DNA of 43,700 bases from Bacteroidota bacterium (GCA_046303015.1 JBKCGY010000168.1:1-43700); one strand, 5' to 3'; shown: positions 18,674 to 29,024, numbered from the stretch's first letter. Numbers and translations: made by a program. The notes: generated by a model not told the origin, from the sequence alone.

Positions 18674-21064
18674 TCAGTTGACCTGTTTTATATAATCCAC
18701 CTGAAATTTGGAAAGACCATTCAATTGCGGCGCATACGTGTCTAATACATCATTTGGCTGTAAAGTACCATTGATGTACAAACTGTCATTTTCCAGTTTA
18801 AGATTGTATTTGTCAGCACTGATTCTTCCATCGCGAATTAATGCATCCACTAAAGAACTAATGGAAGATTCCAGCTTAGGATTGGCATCTTTCTCCACTA
18901 CAATACTGACATTCTCCGCAATGGGCTTGGCATGTCCTTTACCGCTCATCTGAGCTAACGTAGGTGCAATCACCAAAGACACAATTGACATCAGTTTAAT
19001 TAAGATATTCATCGAAGGACCGGATGTATCTTTAAACGGATCTCCCACCGTATCACCTGTTACAGATGCTTTATGCGGCTCAGATTTTTTATAAAAGATT
19101 TCTCCGTTGATCTCCACTCCTTTTTCAAAACTTTTCTTAGCGTTGTCCCATGCACCACCGGCATTATTCTGGAACATCCCCATCAATACACCACTCACTG
19201 TAGCACCGGCTAAAAATCCGCCCAATGCTTCCGCACCCAAACCTGGCATAAAACCAATGATCAAAGGAGATACAATAGCGATCGCGCCGGGCAATAACAT
19301 TTTCTTGATGGATGCATCGGTAGAGATCGCCACACATTTATCATATTCAGGCTTACCGGTTCCTTCCATGATACCGGGAATCGTACGGAACTGACGACGT
19401 ACTTCTTCCACCATGCTCATGGCCGCCTGTCCTACCGCACGGATAGCCAATGAAGAGAAAAGTAATGGCACCATCGCACCTACAAACAAACAAGCCAGTA
19501 CATTGGCTTTATAAATATCAATACCATCGATACCTGCTACTCCAACGAAGGCCGCAAATAATGCTAAGGCTGTTAAGGCAGCAGAAGCAATGGCAAAACC
19601 TTTGCCCGTTGCAGCGGTTGTATTACCCACGGCATCCAGCACGTCGGTTTTTTCACGCACTTCTTTGGGTAATTCACTCATTTCCGCAATACCACCGGCA
19701 TTATCCGCGATCGGACCGAAGGCATCAATCGCCAGCTGCATCGCAGTGGTAGCCATCATACCCGCAGCAGCTATTGCCACCCCGTACAATCCGGCACACT
19801 CATAAGAACCCCAGATACCCCCTGCCAATACGAGAATAGGTAAGAAAGTAGATTCCATACCTACCGCTAAACCACCAATCACGTTGGTAGCATGTCCGGT
19901 AGAAGACTGACGGATAATAGAAAGCACCGGGCGTTTACCCATTGCTGTATAATATTCAGTAATGATACTCATTAATGTTCCTACAGCTAACCCTACGGCA
20001 ATCGCACCCAAAACACCCCATTTGGTGAACTCGCTACCGCGAAGCACCATCGTTTCAGGAAGAATATAATATACCAATCCTACAGAGGCAATAGCGGTCA
20101 ATACAATAGAACCCCAGTTGCCCATGTTCAAGGCTTTTTGCACAACATCTGTATTGATACCTGCGCTATCACTCACACGAACAAACCAGGTACCGATAAT
20201 AGAAAATAAAATCCCCACACCGGCAATCAGCATCGGCAATAAAATAGGAGAAAAACCACCAAAATTATCTACAGCGATGGTTTCCTGTCCGAGCACCATC
20301 GTTGCCAATACGGTAGCTACATATGAACCGAACAGATCGGCACCCATACCGGCCACATCACCCACATTATCACCTACGTTATCGGCAATGGTTGCAGGAT
20401 TACGCGGATCATCTTCAGGTATACCTGCCTCTACTTTACCTACTAAATCAGCACCCACATCAGCCGCCTTTGTATAGATACCGCCACCCACGCGCGCAAA
20501 CAGGGCAATGGATTCCGCACCTAATGAAAAACCGGTCAATACTTCAATGGCTTTCAGCATTTCAGGGCCATTCACCGATGCGCCGGCTGGAACAAACAAA
20601 GCTTTCAATATAATGAACAAAGCGCCTAATCCGAGTACGGCCAAACCTGCCACACCGAGTCCCATCACCGAACCACCGGTAAAGGAAACCTTCAATGCTT
20701 TACTCAAACTCGTACGGGCTGCCTGAGCAGTACGTACGTTACTTTTCGTTGCAATATTCATACCGATATAACCGGCTACTGCACTGAATACAGCTCCAAT
20801 CACGAAAGCAATCGCAATACTCCAGTGACTATTAGGATTGGCCATCGCCATCACGCCTAATAAAAGAGCAACGATTACTACAAAATATCCAAGTATTTTC
20901 CATTCGGCTTTCAAAAATGCCATCGCGCCATCCGCAATATGCTTGCTGATCTCACGCATGCGGTCATTACCCGCATCTTGTTTGTTCACCCAATTGAACT
21001 GAACTAGGGTATACAGCAGACCTACCAGTGCCATACCCGGAACTAAATAAATTAAAGCATCCAT
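18674..21064 (-). CDS. hppA: K+-dependent membrane-integral ion-pumping pyrophosphatase
   Basis: [46 protein letters not shown] and [10 protein letters not shown]; about 16 TMs. ATG at 21064 (MDALIY) preferred over TTG at 21112 because a promoter element lies between them. Confidence 0.97.
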   Translation of the reverse strand: MDALIYLVPGMALVGLLYTLVQFNWVNKQDAGNDRMREISKHIADGAMAFLKAEWKILGYFVVIVALLLGVMAMANPNSHWSIAIAFVIGAVFSAVAGYIGMNIATKSNVRTAQAARTSLSKALKVSFTGGSVMGLGVAGLAVLGLGALFIILKALFVPAGASVNGPEMLKAIEVLTGFSLGAESIALFARVGGGIYTKAADVGADLVGKVEAGIPEDDPRNPATIADNVGDNVGDVAGMGADLFGSYVATVLATMVLGQETIAVDNFGGFSPILLPMLIAGVGILFSIIGTWFVRVSDSAGINTDVVQKALNMGNWGSIVLTAIASVGLVYYILPETMVLRGSEFTKWGVLGAIAVGLAVGTLMSIITEYYTAMGKRPVLSIIRQSSTGHATNVIGGLAVGMESTFLPILVLAGGIWGSYECAGLYGVAIAAAGMMATTAMQLAIDAFGPIADNAGGIAEMSELPKEVREKTDVLDAVGNTTAATGKGFAIASAALTALALFAAFVGVAGIDGIDIYKANVLACLFVGAMVPLLFSSLAIRAVGQAAMSMVEEVRRQFRTIPGIMEGTGKPEYDKCVAISTDASIKKMLLPGAIAIVSPLIIGFMPGLGAEALGGFLAGATVSGVLMGMFQNNAGGAWDNAKKSFEKGVEINGEIFYKKSEPHKASVTGDTVGDPFKDTSGPSMNILIKLMSIVSLVIAPTLAQMSGKGHAKPIAENVSIVVEKDANPKLESSISSLVDALIRDGRISADKYNLKLENDSLYINGTLQPNDVLDTYAPQLNGLSKFQVDYIKQVN

Positions 21065-21093
21065 AAGCTTAAAATATTGGTTTATAAGGTCGG

Positions 21094-21101
21094 CAAAGAT
21101 A
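21094..21101 (-). promoter_or_regulatory. Bacteroidota -7 promoter element for hppA
   Basis: TATCTTTG on the minus strand, 29 nt upstream of ATG 21064. Confidence 0.7.
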
Positions 21102-21140
21102 GGGGAAGGCAACTAAAAGCAGGACATGAAAAAGGGATTA

Positions 21141-22643
21141 TCATTGTATTTCCACAAAGGCAGGAGCTAACCGACTGATCAGATCACGGGCAAGGACCGA
21201 CTCCATACCCATATCGGCAACGGCCAGATCGCCGGCATAGCCGTGGATATATACCCCGATTTTAGCGGCATCAACCGAATCATATCCTCTGGCAAGCAGT
21301 CCGGTCAGGATGCCCGTCAACACATCCCCGCTGCCGCCCTTGGCCATACCCGGATTACCGGTGGGGTTAAAAAATGCGCTGCCATCCGGACAAGCGATCA
21401 GCGTAAATTTCGTTTTCAGAATAATTACTGATTGAAGTTCAGCCGCCTTTTGGAGGGCAAGTGCTACTCTTTCAAAATGATTAGAGGATGCTCCGAATAA
21501 TCGTACAAACTCACCAGGATGAGGCGTAAGAATTGAGCCGGGGGGGATGGAAACATGCTTGACGCCATATTGGGCGATGATATTCAGCGCATCCGCATCG
21601 ATCACCATAGGATTTCTGTAATGCTTCAATACACTCATCATGGCTTCAGCAGTAGTGGTTTCTTTTCCTAATCCCGGACCGATACCAATGGTTTTGAAAA
21701 TGGAAAGATCATTAGGCGTCATGGAAAAAATATCTTCCTCCACATCCGTTGATACCATCGCCTCGGGTAAAGCCGTTTGCATCATCTCATAACCGCATGA
21801 CGGAAGATGAACGGTGAGCAAGCCCGCTCCGCTGCGCAAACAAGCCTCGGCAGCCAGCAACGCTGCTCCTGTTTTTCCTTTTGAACCTGCTAAAAGTAAT
21901 GCGTGACCATAATCCCCTTTGTGAGAAAAGGATTTTCTAGGAATCATTAATTTTCGGACTTCTTCTCCTGTCAACATATTCCATGCCGTTTTTTGTCCGT
22001 TTTCAAACGCAGGATGCAGCCCAATATTCAGTAAATGAATATTCCCTGTAAAAGATGCGTTTTCTTCCATGATCAAAGAAGGTTTCCATGCCTGAAAACT
22101 TAGGGTTTCGGATGCCATGATCTTGGGTACATCTACGGAACTTCTATCCGCATACATACCTGAAGGCAGATCAATAGCAATGATTGTATTGCCGGTCTTA
22201 TTGATTTGATGAATAAGATCAGCGGCTAATCCTTCTACCGGACGGGATAAGCCAATGCCGAATAAGGCATCGATGATGATATCTTCATGTTTGACAGAAG
22301 GAAAAACATCTGCTGATTGTAAGAAATGAATGCGGTGGGTAGTATTGTGAAGCAGGTGGAGGTTGGTTTGGAACTCTGGTGTTCCGGGAGCACCGTGCTC
22401 CAGTATATACACATCCACCTCTTTATTCAGTTGTATAAGCAACCTTGCGATCGCAAGGCCATCCCCACCGTTATTCCCTTTGCCGCAAAAAATATGAAAA
22501 GATTTATTGACATAAGGAGAATGAATGATCCATTCTGTACAGGCCATAGCTGCACGTTCCATTAAATCTATAGAAGCAATGGGCTCATGCTCAATCGTAA
22601 AGGTATCCCATGCTTTGATCTGGTCGGAATTGTAGATGTTCAT
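21141..22643 (-). CDS. nnr: Bifunctional NAD(P)H-hydrate epimerase/dehydratase
   Basis: YjeF_N part: LMERA, CGKGNNGGDG, DALFGIG, DLPSG. Kinase-like part: SHKGDYG, GIGPGLG, IDADAL, LTPHPGEF, GGSGDVLTG. ATG at 22643. Confidence 0.96.
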   Translation of the reverse strand: MNIYNSDQIKAWDTFTIEHEPIASIDLMERAAMACTEWIIHSPYVNKSFHIFCGKGNNGGDGLAIARLLIQLNKEVDVYILEHGAPGTPEFQTNLHLLHNTTHRIHFLQSADVFPSVKHEDIIIDALFGIGLSRPVEGLAADLIHQINKTGNTIIAIDLPSGMYADRSSVDVPKIMASETLSFQAWKPSLIMEENASFTGNIHLLNIGLHPAFENGQKTAWNMLTGEEVRKLMIPRKSFSHKGDYGHALLLAGSKGKTGAALLAAEACLRSGAGLLTVHLPSCGYEMMQTALPEAMVSTDVEEDIFSMTPNDLSIFKTIGIGPGLGKETTTAEAMMSVLKHYRNPMVIDADALNIIAQYGVKHVSIPPGSILTPHPGEFVRLFGASSNHFERVALALQKAAELQSVIILKTKFTLIACPDGSAFFNPTGNPGMAKGGSGDVLTGILTGLLARGYDSVDAAKIGVYIHGYAGDLAVADMGMESVLARDLISRLAPAFVEIQ

Positions 22644-22706
22644 TGATATTGCCAACTATTCAGATCATAAAAATAAATGAATCAACACAACACACAATGA
22701 GATGTG

Positions 22707-22722
22707 TCATTGCATGCAATGA
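22707..22722. repeat. Perfect 16-bp palindrome
   Basis: TCATTGCATGCAATGA is self-complementary. Confidence 0.85.
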
Positions 22723-22727
22723 TTGGA

Positions 22728-22751
22728 ATTCATTAGTAATTACTAATGAAT
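22728..22751. repeat. Perfect 24-bp palindrome
   Basis: ATTCATTAGTAATTACTAATGAAT is self-complementary. Confidence 0.9.
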
Positions 22752-22776
22752 GAATAATTAATAATTGGAGTATCAA

Positions 22777-23217
22777 CTACATGCCTGGAAACCAGGGACG
22801 CGCTATCGCTTCTCTGAACGGCCAGGGAATACCCGCCATAATGAGCAAGAATGCAATCAGTAATAAAATGAGTGTAGGATTGTACTGTAATACTTTAGCC
22901 TTTCTTCGGGCGATGGTGATCAGTATAATAGCAATTAACATCACACTGATATGCTCTACGACCCAAAAGCGGGCCATGGTATTTTTCATCACATTAGCCA
23001 TCCCTCCCATCCTTTCAATCATCTTAAACCCAGCCACCTCACTGGTGAAATACTGAAATAATCCCAGCAATAAAGTAATATGAGCTGAAATCATCAGGAA
23101 TAAGGATGTCTTTTTCAATCCTTCTCTCTTGGAGAATGCCTGAAAAATGGAAACAACCAACAGCATTAAAATTACCCAGCGTAATAAATTATGTAAATGA
23201 AGGAGTCCGGTACTCAT
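22777..23217 (-). CDS. Bacteroidota-type 4-TM membrane protein with intramembrane histidines (cytochrome b-like, function unknown)
   Basis: Four hydrophobic segments with HLHNLLRW, SAHITLLLG, RFWVVEH and C-terminal IPW; ATG at 23217 lies downstream of a TAACTTTG element. Confidence 0.8.
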   Translation of the reverse strand: MSTGLLHLHNLLRWVILMLLVVSIFQAFSKREGLKKTSLFLMISAHITLLLGLFQYFTSEVAGFKMIERMGGMANVMKNTMARFWVVEHISVMLIAIILITIARRKAKVLQYNPTLILLLIAFLLIMAGIPWPFREAIARPWFPGM

Positions 23218-23231
23218 GATAAAAATTTGAT

Positions 23232-23239
23232 CAAAGTTA
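23232..23239 (-). promoter_or_regulatory. Bacteroidota -7 promoter element
   Basis: TAACTTTG on the minus strand, 14 nt upstream of ATG 23217, in the divergent intergenic gap. Confidence 0.7.
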
Positions 23240-23306
23240 TATGAACATGACAAGTAATATCGTTTTGATAATGATTTTCTTTAGCTAATGAGCTTAATTT
23301 TACACA

Positions 23307-24101
23307 ATGAAGTGGAGAAATATTGTTATACCCTTGTTTGCACTTGTTTATGCGTGCGGTAATGAACCCGGCGATGAAAACGAAGCAGAGGGTAAAGATT
23401 CACTGACAAACATTCTTTCTATTGACTCCTCCATGAGTGACAGCGCACGTCTAGTTAAAATTGAAACATTGATTGAGCAGCAGCAACACGATGAAGCCCT
23501 GTCGCACATTGATTATCTGCTAAATAAACATCCGAAAAATCCGGCCTTATTATTTATAAAAGCGGATGCGCTGGAAAGAAAAAGAGATACCTCTTCAGCC
23601 CTTTATTATTATCTGCAGGCAGATCATATATCAGGCAAATTTCCACAGGCACGTATGGCTGCATTAAATTTATATGCGGAAACCAAACATCCGCAAACAC
23701 CTGCGTATTCAAAAATGATGCTGGAAGACCCTGCCTCTGAAAAAATACGATCCGATATTTTTTTAATGCAAGGCATCTATTATAGTAAGTTAGGTAAAAC
23801 GGATATGGCAGAATCCATCTTTTCAAAAATTATTCAACAGGATTATACTTTTTTGCAGGCTTATATAGAGAAAGGTTTATTGTATTATGACCGGCAACAG
23901 TACAAAAAGGCACTGGAGATATTTACACTATCCACAGAAGTAAAAAATGATTTTGCTGAGGGGTATTTCTGGATGGGAAAAACCTTCCACAAACTGAATC
24001 AAAAAGAAGCAGCCATTCTTCAATTAAAAAGAGCGCTCGCACTGGACCCTTCCATTCAGGAAGCCAGAGAAGAATTAAAAACTTTGGGGGCAATTCAATA
24101 A
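23307..24101 (+). CDS. Tetratricopeptide-repeat lipoprotein
   Basis: Signal peptide II MKWRNIVIPLFALVYA-C; TPR-like repeats (AYIEKGLLYY...ALEIF; AEGYFWMGKTF...ALALDP). Confidence 0.85.
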   Translation: MKWRNIVIPLFALVYACGNEPGDENEAEGKDSLTNILSIDSSMSDSARLVKIETLIEQQQHDEALSHIDYLLNKHPKNPALLFIKADALERKRDTSSALYYYLQADHISGKFPQARMAALNLYAETKHPQTPAYSKMMLEDPASEKIRSDIFLMQGIYYSKLGKTDMAESIFSKIIQQDYTFLQAYIEKGLLYYDRQQYKKALEIFTLSTEVKNDFAEGYFWMGKTFHKLNQKEAAILQLKRALALDPSIQEAREELKTLGAIQ

Positions 24102-24128
24102 TTTTACGGCAACACATATTATTATATC

Positions 24129-24776
24129 ATGCCCATTATCGCTCCATCACTCCTATCAGCCGACTTCTTAAAACTTCAGCAGGAATGTGACCTACTAAAC
24201 CAAAGCCAGGCAGACTGGTATCATCTGGATGTAATGGATGGGGTATTTGTTCCAAATATCAGTTTTGGACCCATGCTAATAGAATTTTTCAGAAAAGCTA
24301 CAACGAAAACATGTGATGTTCATCTGATGATTCAGCAGCCCGAAAGATATGTGGAAGCTTTTCATAAAGCCGGCGCAGATATCTTGACTGTACACATCGA
24401 AGCCTCTACCCATCTGCATCGCACCATACAACATATCAAGCAACTAGGTATGCAAGCAGGAGTGGCTATCAATCCACATACCCCTGTAGAAATATTGAAA
24501 GATATACTTTGTGATCTTGACCTTGTCTGTTTAATGAGCGTAAACCCGGGATTTGGCGGACAAAAATTCATTCCGCAAACACTACACAAGATCAAGACAC
24601 TGAAGTCTATGATCCTGGCCCAAGGCCTTTCAGTCAAAATAGAGATCGATGGAGGTGTAACGCTTGAGAATGCTGGTGAAATTATTGCAGCAGGCGCTGA
24701 TGTACTCGTAGCGGGCAATACGGTTTTTAAATCAAAAGACCCGATAGCGACAATAGACGCACTAAAAAAACTTTAA
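24129..24776 (+). CDS. rpe: Ribulose-phosphate 3-epimerase
   Basis: IAPSLLSADF, HLDVMDGVFVPN, DVHLMI, MSVNPGFGGQ and EIDGGV. Confidence 0.98.
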   Translation: MPIIAPSLLSADFLKLQQECDLLNQSQADWYHLDVMDGVFVPNISFGPMLIEFFRKATTKTCDVHLMIQQPERYVEAFHKAGADILTVHIEASTHLHRTIQHIKQLGMQAGVAINPHTPVEILKDILCDLDLVCLMSVNPGFGGQKFIPQTLHKIKTLKSMILAQGLSVKIEIDGGVTLENAGEIIAAGADVLVAGNTVFKSKDPIATIDALKKL

Positions 24777-24791
24777 CCCTTAGATTTGTAC

Positions 24792-27296
24792 ATGCATCTA
24801 TCAAAAGGCAGACAATATCATGCGCTATGGCTAACCATTTTATGCTGCCTGATCTTCAGCATTTCCTTTTCTCAAAAAAAAATAGCAAATATCAGAGGTA
24901 AAGTACTGGATGAGAACGAAAATCCTTTACCGAATGTATCGGTAGTAATCCTGGGCAAGACATCGGGTGTACTCACGAATGATTCCGGGAGGTTTTCCAT
25001 GAAAGTACCTGCAGGTAAAGCTTTTGCCCTTGTTTTCAGCTATACGGGTTACCGAAGCGAACAGCGAAATTTTTATCTGAATGAAGCAGAAGATGAAACC
25101 ATGATATTACGAATGGAAAAGGGAATTCGGGAGTTACAGGAAGTAACGATCAAGGATGACAGATTACGTATGGAAAGTTCAGCCATTCGCATCAATCCCA
25201 AAAACGCCATACAACTGCCTTCTGCTACCGGCGGCATTGAATCACTGATCAAAATATTTGTTGGCAGTAATAATGAACTCACCTCACAGTATTCCGTTCG
25301 TGGCGGGAACTATGATGAGAACCTTATTTATGTAAATGATTTTGAGATCTTCCGTCCATATTTGGTTCGACAAGGACAACAGGAAGGGCTCAGTTTTATC
25401 AATGCTGAAATGGTAAAGAATGTAGTCTTTTACAATGGCGGGTTTCAGGCGCGCTATGGCGATAAAATGAGTTCTGTTCTTGACATTCAGTATAAACGAC
25501 CAACCAAATTCGGCGGTTCCGCCTACGTCTCTTTTCTTGAACAGGGACTTCAGCTGGAAGGAGCAACGAAAGATCAGAAAGTAACCTATATCATTGGTGC
25601 AAGAAACAGAAACAACCAGAATCTCCTCAGCAGTCAGGAGATTAAAGGAAGTTATGTTCCCTCGAGTAATGATCTGCAAACATATATTACATGGCAGCCA
25701 AAAGAGAAATGGTTGTTTGAATTACTTGCCAACCGATCCAAAACAAAATTCAGCCTGGCCCCCCAATTCAGCAATCAGACTTCTTCCGTCTTGTCTCCGT
25801 TTTTTACAGCCAATCTTGGCCTGGATGTGTATTTTGCCGGAGGAGAAAAAGATGAATACAGTACCAACATGACCGGTATTGCTTTTACTTATCAGCCCCG
25901 AAAAGCACTGAAATTAAAATGGATGCTTAGTCAATTCTCCAATAACGAACGGGAATACTTCGATATACAAGGAGCCTATCTATTTGGAGAAAGGGATTTT
26001 GATAAAAGCAAGCCCACCTTCGGAACGATTGTTAATCCCCTTGGTGCAGGCGTATTTCAAAATTTCGCAAGAAATCGTCTGAATATAGAAATCCTGAATG
26101 CTACACATAAAGGAAGTTATGAAACAGGGAAACATTTTTTTCAATGGGGGCATAGTATCGAAAAACAAACTATAAATGACAGATTAAATGAATGGGAATT
26201 ACAGGATAGCGCTGGATATACACTACCATTCAATCCCTCCGTATTGTTGATGAATAAAGTATTAAAGTCGACCAGTAATCTGAATATTATTCGAAGCCAG
26301 GGTTATCTACAGGATAATATTGCATTAAGCAGGAATAAGCATACCATCTCCATGCAAGTGGGCTTACGATATAATTTCAATACACTCAATCAGGAATTAC
26401 TGATTCAGCCCCGTATACAACTGGCCATACAGCCGCAGTGGAAAAAAGATATCGTTTTCCGTATGGCAGCAGGAGCCTATCATCAACCTCCTTTATACAG
26501 AGAATTAAGAAGATATGATGGTTCTGTCAATGAAAATGTCCGCGCTCAAAAAAGCTGGCAGTGGGTGGGTGGCATGGATTGGAATTTCAAAGGATGGGGC
26601 GGCAGACCCTTTAAGTTGCAAACTGAGATGTACTATAAAACCATGACCGATATTGTGCCGTATGATATAGATAATGTAAGAATTCGATATTCGGGCAATA
26701 ATGAAGCAAAAGCATATACGGTCGGCTTTGAAGCAAGATTATTTGGCGAACTGGTAAAAGATGCAGAGAGCTGGATCAGTGTAGGTTTCATGCGCAGCAG
26801 AGAAAATCTGAATAATGACCAATGGTATAATTATACCCTTGATGAGGCAGGCAAACCCATAGACAGTACGTTGGTACAAGGCGGATGGGTAAGAAGACCT
26901 ACTGACCGATTGATCACAGTAGGTATGTTCATACAGGATTATCTGGCGACCAATAAAAACTTCAAATTCCACATGAACCTTCTGTATGGCAGTAACCTAC
27001 CTTATAACATTCCCAATAATGTAAAATTCAGGAATGCGTTGATCATCGATCCATATATAAGAGCAGATTTTGGTTTCAGTGCCCTGCTGCTTGACAGTGA
27101 AAAGAGTAAGAGGAGAAGTAAAAATCCTTTCAGGAGTTTTAATAATATATGGGCAAGCCTCGAAGTATTTAACGTAATCGATCGGGCAAATACGATCTCT
27201 TATCTGCTGATCAAAGATTTCTCTAATAATATTTTCACCATACCCAACCGCCTCACACCCCGTCTCGTCAACTTTAAGATCGTAGCGCGATGGTAA
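24792..27296 (+). CDS. TonB-dependent receptor with N-terminal carboxypeptidase-regulatory-like domain
   Basis: Signal peptide, GKVLDENENPLPNVSV...FSYTGY, plug motifs YSVRGG and GGFQARYGDKMSSVLDI, amphipathic beta-strands and C-terminal Trp. Confidence 0.88.
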   Translation: MHLSKGRQYHALWLTILCCLIFSISFSQKKIANIRGKVLDENENPLPNVSVVILGKTSGVLTNDSGRFSMKVPAGKAFALVFSYTGYRSEQRNFYLNEAEDETMILRMEKGIRELQEVTIKDDRLRMESSAIRINPKNAIQLPSATGGIESLIKIFVGSNNELTSQYSVRGGNYDENLIYVNDFEIFRPYLVRQGQQEGLSFINAEMVKNVVFYNGGFQARYGDKMSSVLDIQYKRPTKFGGSAYVSFLEQGLQLEGATKDQKVTYIIGARNRNNQNLLSSQEIKGSYVPSSNDLQTYITWQPKEKWLFELLANRSKTKFSLAPQFSNQTSSVLSPFFTANLGLDVYFAGGEKDEYSTNMTGIAFTYQPRKALKLKWMLSQFSNNEREYFDIQGAYLFGERDFDKSKPTFGTIVNPLGAGVFQNFARNRLNIEILNATHKGSYETGKHFFQWGHSIEKQTINDRLNEWELQDSAGYTLPFNPSVLLMNKVLKSTSNLNIIRSQGYLQDNIALSRNKHTISMQVGLRYNFNTLNQELLIQPRIQLAIQPQWKKDIVFRMAAGAYHQPPLYRELRRYDGSVNENVRAQKSWQWVGGMDWNFKGWGGRPFKLQTEMYYKTMTDIVPYDIDNVRIRYSGNNEAKAYTVGFEARLFGELVKDAESWISVGFMRSRENLNNDQWYNYTLDEAGKPIDSTLVQGGWVRRPTDRLITVGMFIQDYLATNKNFKFHMNLLYGSNLPYNIPNNVKFRNALIIDPYIRADFGFSALLLDSEKSKRRSKNPFRSFNNIWASLEVFNVIDRANTISYLLIKDFSNNIFTIPNRLTPRLVNFKIVARW

Positions 27297-27563
27297 GGAG
27301 TTCATCTATTGGGTAAGGCAAATAAAGATTAAAGACTGTATTAAGAACGCATATGTAAATAGTGTTCTAATTAATGAAATGTGTGTTCACTTTTTAAACT
27401 TTACGATCTTTTTTAACTTTCCTTACACGTATTCACAAACTGTTAATAAGTAACTTCATAATTATGAGGTGAATGATTTAATATTGAATAGAAGCATAAT
27501 CCGATTATAAATAAAAAATGTAATGATTCAGCCCATTGCATCTCATCCTAAACCTTTAGTACA

Positions 27564-28535
27564 TTGACAGAAACAATTATCAACCTCGAAACCATTAACC
27601 CGATAGAATTTATGGGTGTTAATAATGGCAAGATCGATTTATTAAAAAAGAAATTCCCCCTCCTCAAAATCCTTTCCAGAGGCACACAAATCAAATTGAG
27701 CGGCAGTCCCGAACAAGTAGAACAAGCCAAAGAAAAAATTGATCTGCTGATTGCATACCTGGAAAGAAACGGAAATGTCAGTGAGCAGTATTTTGAGCAA
27801 ATTCTGGGTGGGGATGACAAAGAGATTGTCGATCATTTTGTTGAAAGAAACCCCAATGATGTGTTGGTATTTGGCCCTAATGGTAAAACGGTAAGAGCCA
27901 GAACACAGAATCAAAAGAAGATGGTTGCTGCAGCAGAAAAAAATGATGTCGTTTTTGCTATCGGTCCGGCGGGAACCGGTAAAACATATACGGCTGTTGC
28001 CCTTGCCGTAAGGGCTCTTAAAAATAAAACCGTAAAAAAGATCATCCTTACTCGTCCTGCAGTAGAAGCGGGAGAAAGTTTGGGCTTCCTTCCTGGTGAT
28101 CTAAAAGAAAAAATAGACCCTTATTTACGACCCCTGTATGATGCACTTGACGATATGATCCCCGCTGATAAGTTGGGCTATTATATGAGTACAAGAGTTA
28201 TTGAGATCGCGCCATTAGCCTACATGAGAGGCAGAACGCTGGATAATGCATTTATAATTTTAGATGAAGCGCAAAATACCACCGATCTTCAACTGAAGAT
28301 GTTTCTTACCCGTATCGGCGCCAATGCAAAAGCCATCATCACTGGAGATCTGACACAGGTGGATCTCCCCAAAAATCAACGCAGTGGCCTGGAAAAAGGA
28401 ATTCGAATCCTGAAAAACATTGATGGCATATCTCATATTGAACTGGACGAAGAAGATGTGGTTCGTCATCGTTTGGTTAAAGCCATCATCAAAGCCTACG
28501 ACCGAGATCATCAACAGGAAACAAGACAATTATAA
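27564..28535 (+). CDS. phoH: PhoH family ATPase (YbeZ-like)
   Basis: [40 protein letters not shown] and VVRH; TTG start. Confidence 0.95.
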   Translation: MTETIINLETINPIEFMGVNNGKIDLLKKKFPLLKILSRGTQIKLSGSPEQVEQAKEKIDLLIAYLERNGNVSEQYFEQILGGDDKEIVDHFVERNPNDVLVFGPNGKTVRARTQNQKKMVAAAEKNDVVFAIGPAGTGKTYTAVALAVRALKNKTVKKIILTRPAVEAGESLGFLPGDLKEKIDPYLRPLYDALDDMIPADKLGYYMSTRVIEIAPLAYMRGRTLDNAFIILDEAQNTTDLQLKMFLTRIGANAKAIITGDLTQVDLPKNQRSGLEKGIRILKNIDGISHIELDEEDVVRHRLVKAIIKAYDRDHQQETRQL

Positions 28536-28605
28536 TCACGGTAAAAGGATTTCGAAAATAGAACTACGCTGACTACATTCGCTAAATCAAACAATATTGA
28601 TGTGT

Positions 28606-29010
28606 ATGAATCGGATCTGTATTTTGATGACCTTATATTCTTTTTTTCTATGCTCATGTGCCGAAGAAAAGATCAGGCCTGACGATGCATTAGGTACCGC
28701 ACGTAGCTTCATTCGTTTTTCACTGGATGGCAATTACAAAGAAGCAAAAACATTAATGCTACAGGATAGCCTTAATAATTTTGAACTTGATGAACTTGAA
28801 AAAAGATACAACAGCAAATTATCAGAGAGCGAGAAAGAAGGATATAAAAACGCATCTATTCTCATTCATTCAGTAGACCAGATTAGCGACTCGGTTGTAA
28901 TTATCAATTACTCTAATTCATACAAAAAGAAGCCCATGCCGGTTAAAGTAATCTTGAAAGATGGCTTTTGGCAAATAGACTTAAACTATACATTTTCCGG
29001 AAATCTTTGA
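28606..29010 (+). CDS. Small putative lipoprotein (DUF4878/NTF2-like)
   Basis: Lipobox-like FFLCS-C; helix pair followed by beta-strands ending VILKDGFWQID; TACATTCG element at 28574-28581 upstream. Confidence 0.7.
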   Translation: MNRICILMTLYSFFLCSCAEEKIRPDDALGTARSFIRFSLDGNYKEAKTLMLQDSLNNFELDELEKRYNSKLSESEKEGYKNASILIHSVDQISDSVVIINYSNSYKKKPMPVKVILKDGFWQIDLNYTFSGNL

Positions 29011-29024
29011 AACCGTCGATGTTT

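Noticed and set aside
18708-20726. Several antisense ORFs over hppA
   Set aside because: They are shadows of Ala/Gly-rich codons with no motifs or independent signals
28968-29018. N-terminal extension of CrcB in the ORF track; similar extensions on the peroxiredoxin, MurD, HppA, AroK and DUF423
   Set aside because: They come from upstream near-cognate or overlapping starts; the family-typical N-terminus, and in some cases a promoter element, points to the downstream ATG
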